DNA of 64,000 nt from Patescibacteria group bacterium. Lineage in GTDB: Bacteria; Patescibacteriota; Microgenomatia; UBA10105; UBA927. Positions 61,201 to 64,000 of this stretch are shown piece by piece. The notes below the pieces were generated by a model. The model was given only the letters and a program-made list of their open reading frames with translations. It did not search any database and was not told the DNA's origin. The translations under genes were made by a program, and so were the position numbers. The stretch's first letter is position 1, and every line of letters begins with the position of its first letter. Where the stretch lies: positions 147,581-211,580 of the forward strand of contig JBMOPU010000012.1 in the NCBI GenBank assembly GCA_049322955.1, written 5' to 3'.

Positions 61201-64000
61201 TTTATCGAGCATCAACTGGAGCTGTTTTACGGCAATAAAGCCTATCTTGATATCGCCAAAGGGAACTATGAGCCGGGAACGGAGAGTGAGCGGATTTTCT
61301 TTCAGCAGGTCATTACCGGGGATGTCGATATGACCAAAATTGATAATGATCTGAGCAACCCCCTTGCAAAACCCATGTTGCTTGCCCTTAACGTGGCGCA
61401 GAAGGCGGCGCCTATCATTACCTTCGGGCTTGTCGACAACCTCACACCGAACCTTACGAACATGCAGAGTGCCGCAACCGCGGAAAATGTCATCACCTAT
61501 GCAGAGAAAGTAAATCCCGAGCTTATCACGACCCGGGTGAACATGATTAAAACAGATGCGGAAGAAAGTGCCGCCTATGAAGCGTGGAAAGCTACCCAAA
61601 AGACAGGGAGCGACACCTCGGAAAAAGCCTATCTTACCGATCTGTATGCCCAGGCGGTGGCGACAACCGTCAATGCAAAACTCGGTGAGTATGAACTCGA
61701 CGGCGCGGCGGAATTTTTTGCCACCAATCCCGATTGGTTAACCAATAGTGTGCTCAATGGTACCGATGGACTCAATACCTTTTACCAAAATCTTGAAGAA
61801 TCCAAGGCAAAACAGGATGCCGCTTATGCGGAATTCCTAAAGGACAACAGCCAAGATCGGGCGGAGACATATACCCAAAAACTTGAAACCATTGCAAACG
61901 AACAGGCTGAGTTATTCACCGATGTCCTGACAAAAAGCATCACCGATGAACAGAAGGTTGAGCTTGCCGCAAAATTGGACACCAAAGGGATCAATCAGTC
62001 TGCCGATGACTATATTCATGACCAAGTGAATGCGTACCTGAAGAGCTCGGATGTGCGGGCATTTTTGGCATCGGGCGGCATCGAATCATCGATTGACTCG
62101 GTCATAAACGGCGACTTTAATGCCGTTGCGGCACAAAACGCCTATAACGGTTTATCCGACGGCGATAAGTTTTTGGTTTCGTTAAACGCCTTCACCGACG
62201 GCAAAAAACTGGAGTCGGTCATCGAACAGGGACAACTTAAACAGCAATACCAAAACGGTGAAATCAACTGGGGTGAGTATGCGGCGCGGACCGCGTGGGC
62301 GGAAGTCAAGGGAGATGCTAAGGTGGTAGGCACGGCACTTGCACTTGCGGCGCCACCGCTTCGTGTTGCTCAGCTTGGCGCGGCGGCATTTACGGTTCCC
62401 TCGGTGTTAAGTATCACGGGAGAAGCGCTCGGGTTTCAGATGACCGGCACGAGTTTGGCCGATACCGCAACCAACTGTACTTTCCGCGAAGATCAGAATG
62501 ATGCCGCATGTTTAACAAGTGCAGGGATGACTGCCTTTGCGGCATGGAGTACCGCTTCATCAATAAGCGGGCTCAATCAGGCGGCACGGGCATCTCAGCT
62601 TAATCGGCTGAGCTTGATCGCTCCTAAAGAAACGGCACTGGTAAAGGTATCGCAAATAACTAACGGCACGGAAGCAATCACCACCCAACTTGTTGACGAC
62701 GCGACGACCTCCGTTGCCAAAGCATTCACTCCAAAGGCTCCCAATGTCATCGCCGAACGGGCACGGAACGCGTTGGGAACCGTCGTGTTCGGATCGCAGG
62801 CGGCACAAACCTGTTCGCAGACAGGGTTTAATGCCGATTGTATTCTCTCGATGAGTATGGCGGGAGTATCGCTGGCGCGTACCGTTATGCCGGCAACCGC
62901 GATAGTGAACCCCACCACACAGGCATCGCAAGCGGTGGTGCGAACCGATCAGGTGGTCAACGGGTTACAGGCATTGACCGCCTGTTCCGCCGCCGCCACC
63001 GGTCAGGCAAAATGGGATAACTGTGTGACGACCGCCATGATGGCGGGGATGTCGTTTGGTCCTGATCTTGCCAAGCAATCCACCGAGGGACCCTCGACAT
63101 TCACCAACCCTTTTGAGGCAAAACAATTGGCGCTCGGCGATTTGCAACTTATTGACGGGCTCAAAAACTATACCAACCTTGATACCGTAACGCTTTCTGA
63201 CGGACAGACGGTGAAATTCGCCGATCAGGCGACCGCCCGCACCCAGGTGTTGCAAACCTTGGGGAGAGCGGTTGTCGAGTCAGGGAGGGCGTTATCGCAG
63301 ACGCAATTTGCGGTAAGCGAGATTCTTGCCGACAGAACGATTCCTAAAGATGTCGCAGAACAATCGTTTGCACAGCGGCAACTTCTCCAGGCCGCCGATA
63401 CCTGGAATAAAATGGTCAACCCCGACGGATCAATAAAAAGCACGATTGAAGTTGACGGCGTGGTCAAACCCATCACCTCGGAGATGATAGACGGTGCAAG
63501 AAAAAGCATTGATATCGCACAACAACAGGTGCAGGTAGAACAAGCACTCATGGAAAATCCGCGCACGCCCATGCAACAGCTTGGTGACTCCATTGCCAAA
63601 GCACTCAATCGTGAAGCGACGCAAATTAAGGACTTTGAGGCGGCACAACAGCGATTTGCGGAAGCGGCAAAGGCCGCAGACACCAATCCGGTTGAATACG
63701 AAGTCGCCAGGCAGGCACTTGAAAAGGCCAAAACGGGGATTGAACGCATGGGATATACCCGTGCGCAAGCCGAGTATGCCAGCGATCTTGATGCCGCCCG
63801 TGAAGCGCTGACCAAAGCGCAGGATGACGCGGGGATAATAAAAATCCGCGTAGAACTTTTGCAGGAACCGGATCTTATTGTCGAAGCATTGACGAGACAG
63901 GCGCAGGTTGTCAATGATGCAGGACAACAGCTTGCTGATCTGCTGGCGGCAAAAGCGAGCCCCGAGGCAATTAAGGTTGCCCAGGACGGACTTGCGAGAT
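58270..64000 (+). CDS. Giant (>1900 aa, incomplete) surface/secreted protein with pilin-like leader, Pro/Thr linkers and Cys-pair modules
   Basis: Frame +1 open from 58204; spot-checked lines show no stop up to the window end, which explains its absence from the ORF track; GTG start uncertain (58210 or 58270); 'NG|FAQILPLVLLMLFAG' hydrophobic leader. Confidence 0.85.
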   Translation, partial: MSLATKLFHFFIDCHRQRKWSHFYETNGFAQILPLVLLMLFAGSTFFIIARVQKERTGEIRQFAQSGAYASPTAKTTATPKVTPSVTISPTPKPDPCRYLTGTALSSCRSVNPLPSATRTPTKSPTPTKTVTPVVTTRVYTSMTASECSGRRGTYNPTTRTCTISVTPIPTIKVNSSSSQLVYVLNKQTGGCSPRLGSAVKSTDETYQSSALCVTASWNQGIAQGAASPKANTTIPPKLASGQSSGAPVPPPGTGIGVGAGVGFEIPITFTASVVNWFQNTFGKGTTPTPSPLATGTTPRVTPKPTIAPGQDCFPNCKELCQYGSSGIFGWAKCDAKPTDTPKPVAKSGTTPTVTPKPTLKPGADCTIWGGENGCGNCPGGKWKPGLNAVCESAAPASTPPKTPATTVTTAPVAAVVQPTVTPIIPTVTIKPASTITPSPSAKPKPKVSCGGAGDVPISEGSVATGEQYGPATAMNDNQRWRCVPDPKNPNVGKWEQCPGCPLTVISSSANLAEEYKKESAAFAETVNKMAADVYACGTSASCKNEVYAKYGVSAESQAYQDMAKNQVTEQVKLYQSQDTYFENREKWDLCKAQQANDANCEGYIQAANNALAAAGLDPVATAAQLELTYHNYVVNKASSLYLMAESAYASCVEDKKTNSGLDCSGLQKNAAAALAYPGTTAADQASISKLYKDYKTASDYVYQSNQEICGTCTPAQANALRQQHLAASGLSDSYQAGLLEGWQSQIVNLVKGNGPGSEMAICKEVIGTSACNSLESARTALKGAVSLAQQTELQARFAQNDVAVTSGTGSIAMGNPGSAYADALSAYKAEQIKGGDYADRIKTEEQWEKEFDAYQQGIWEELKPIYAAQGKDALIEAKIAQGLLVPSEIKEEYFSTYPQWVYDMQPGWENFWNSVKKPFVSENSDIAKYQAQGQTEMLSLNPANQAAVFAQVNSSDAYKDWLKTAEIDKTIPPEEQFIEHQLELFYGNKAYLDIAKGNYEPGTESERIFFQQVITGDVDMTKIDNDLSNPLAKPMLLALNVAQKAAPIITFGLVDNLTPNLTNMQSAATAENVITYAEKVNPELITTRVNMIKTDAEESAAYEAWKATQKTGSDTSEKAYLTDLYAQAVATTVNAKLGEYELDGAAEFFATNPDWLTNSVLNGTDGLNTFYQNLEESKAKQDAAYAEFLKDNSQDRAETYTQKLETIANEQAELFTDVLTKSITDEQKVELAAKLDTKGINQSADDYIHDQVNAYLKSSDVRAFLASGGIESSIDSVINGDFNAVAAQNAYNGLSDGDKFLVSLNAFTDGKKLESVIEQGQLKQQYQNGEINWGEYAARTAWAEVKGDAKVVGTALALAAPPLRVAQLGAAAFTVPSVLSITGEALGFQMTGTSLADTATNCTFREDQNDAACLTSAGMTAFAAWSTASSISGLNQAARASQLNRLSLIAPKETALVKVSQITNGTEAITTQLVDDATTSVAKAFTPKAPNVIAERARNALGTVVFGSQAAQTCSQTGFNADCILSMSMAGVSLARTVMPATAIVNPTTQASQAVVRTDQVVNGLQALTACSAAATGQAKWDNCVTTAMMAGMSFGPDLAKQSTEGPSTFTNPFEAKQLALGDLQLIDGLKNYTNLDTVTLSDGQTVKFADQATARTQVLQTLGRAVVESGRALSQTQFAVSEILADRTIPKDVAEQSFAQRQLLQAADTWNKMVNPDGSIKSTIEVDGVVKPITSEMIDGARKSIDIAQQQVQVEQALMENPRTPMQQLGDSIAKALNREATQIKDFEAAQQRFAEAAKAADTNPVEYEVARQALEKAKTGIERMGYTRAQAEYASDLDAAREALTKAQDDAGIIKIRVELLQEPDLIVEALTRQAQVVNDAGQQLADLLAAKASPEAIKVAQDGLAR

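Noticed and set aside
58276-63927. Numerous minus-strand and off-frame ORFs, and ATG 58340 as a start
   Set aside because: They are shadows of the giant frame +1 ORF; the ATG at 58340 is in another frame and stops after 14 codons

Overview
This is a bacterial chromosomal window. Gene content suggests a CPR/Patescibacteria (Microgenomates-like) genome using genetic code 11; this is inference from the archaeal-type ATP-dependent ligase, the unlinked intron-containing 23S, the GT-C/DUF2298 cluster and many short-leader genes. Layout: (1) 1-11 kb housekeeping and envelope genes (recF, nnrD, Fic, ATP-dependent DNA ligase, glycosyltransferases, pth, a stand-alone RnlA-like HEPN protein, a CPBP protease). 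(2) 11-21 kb copper/thiol-redox cluster (SDR, VKOR, Crp/Fnr, CopA, DUF305, CsoR with operator, DsbD-like/cupredoxin, CopZ, TrxA, TrxB, FNR-like reductase, GDH). (3) 21-37.7 kb co-oriented array of unknown proteins: ~160-350 aa amphipathic or glycine-zipper proteins from a few paralogous families mostly alternate with ~90-110 aa acidic helical partners around an atypical ABC exporter. The array is split by a tRNA-Ala/23S/5S unit that has no 16S and carries an ORF-less group I intron at about position 2604. (4) rpsA, a structured intergenic RNA candidate, radA, PIN/TRAM, DnaA boxes, an unannotated 56-aa ORF and two divergent candidate sRNAs. (5) A surface-glycosylation cluster, rho, a LysM-M23 peptidase and two more tRNA-Ala genes. 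(6) A >1900-aa pilin-leader surface protein that the ORF track missed and that runs off the window end. The best candidate for an undescribed system is the paired-gene array in (3).
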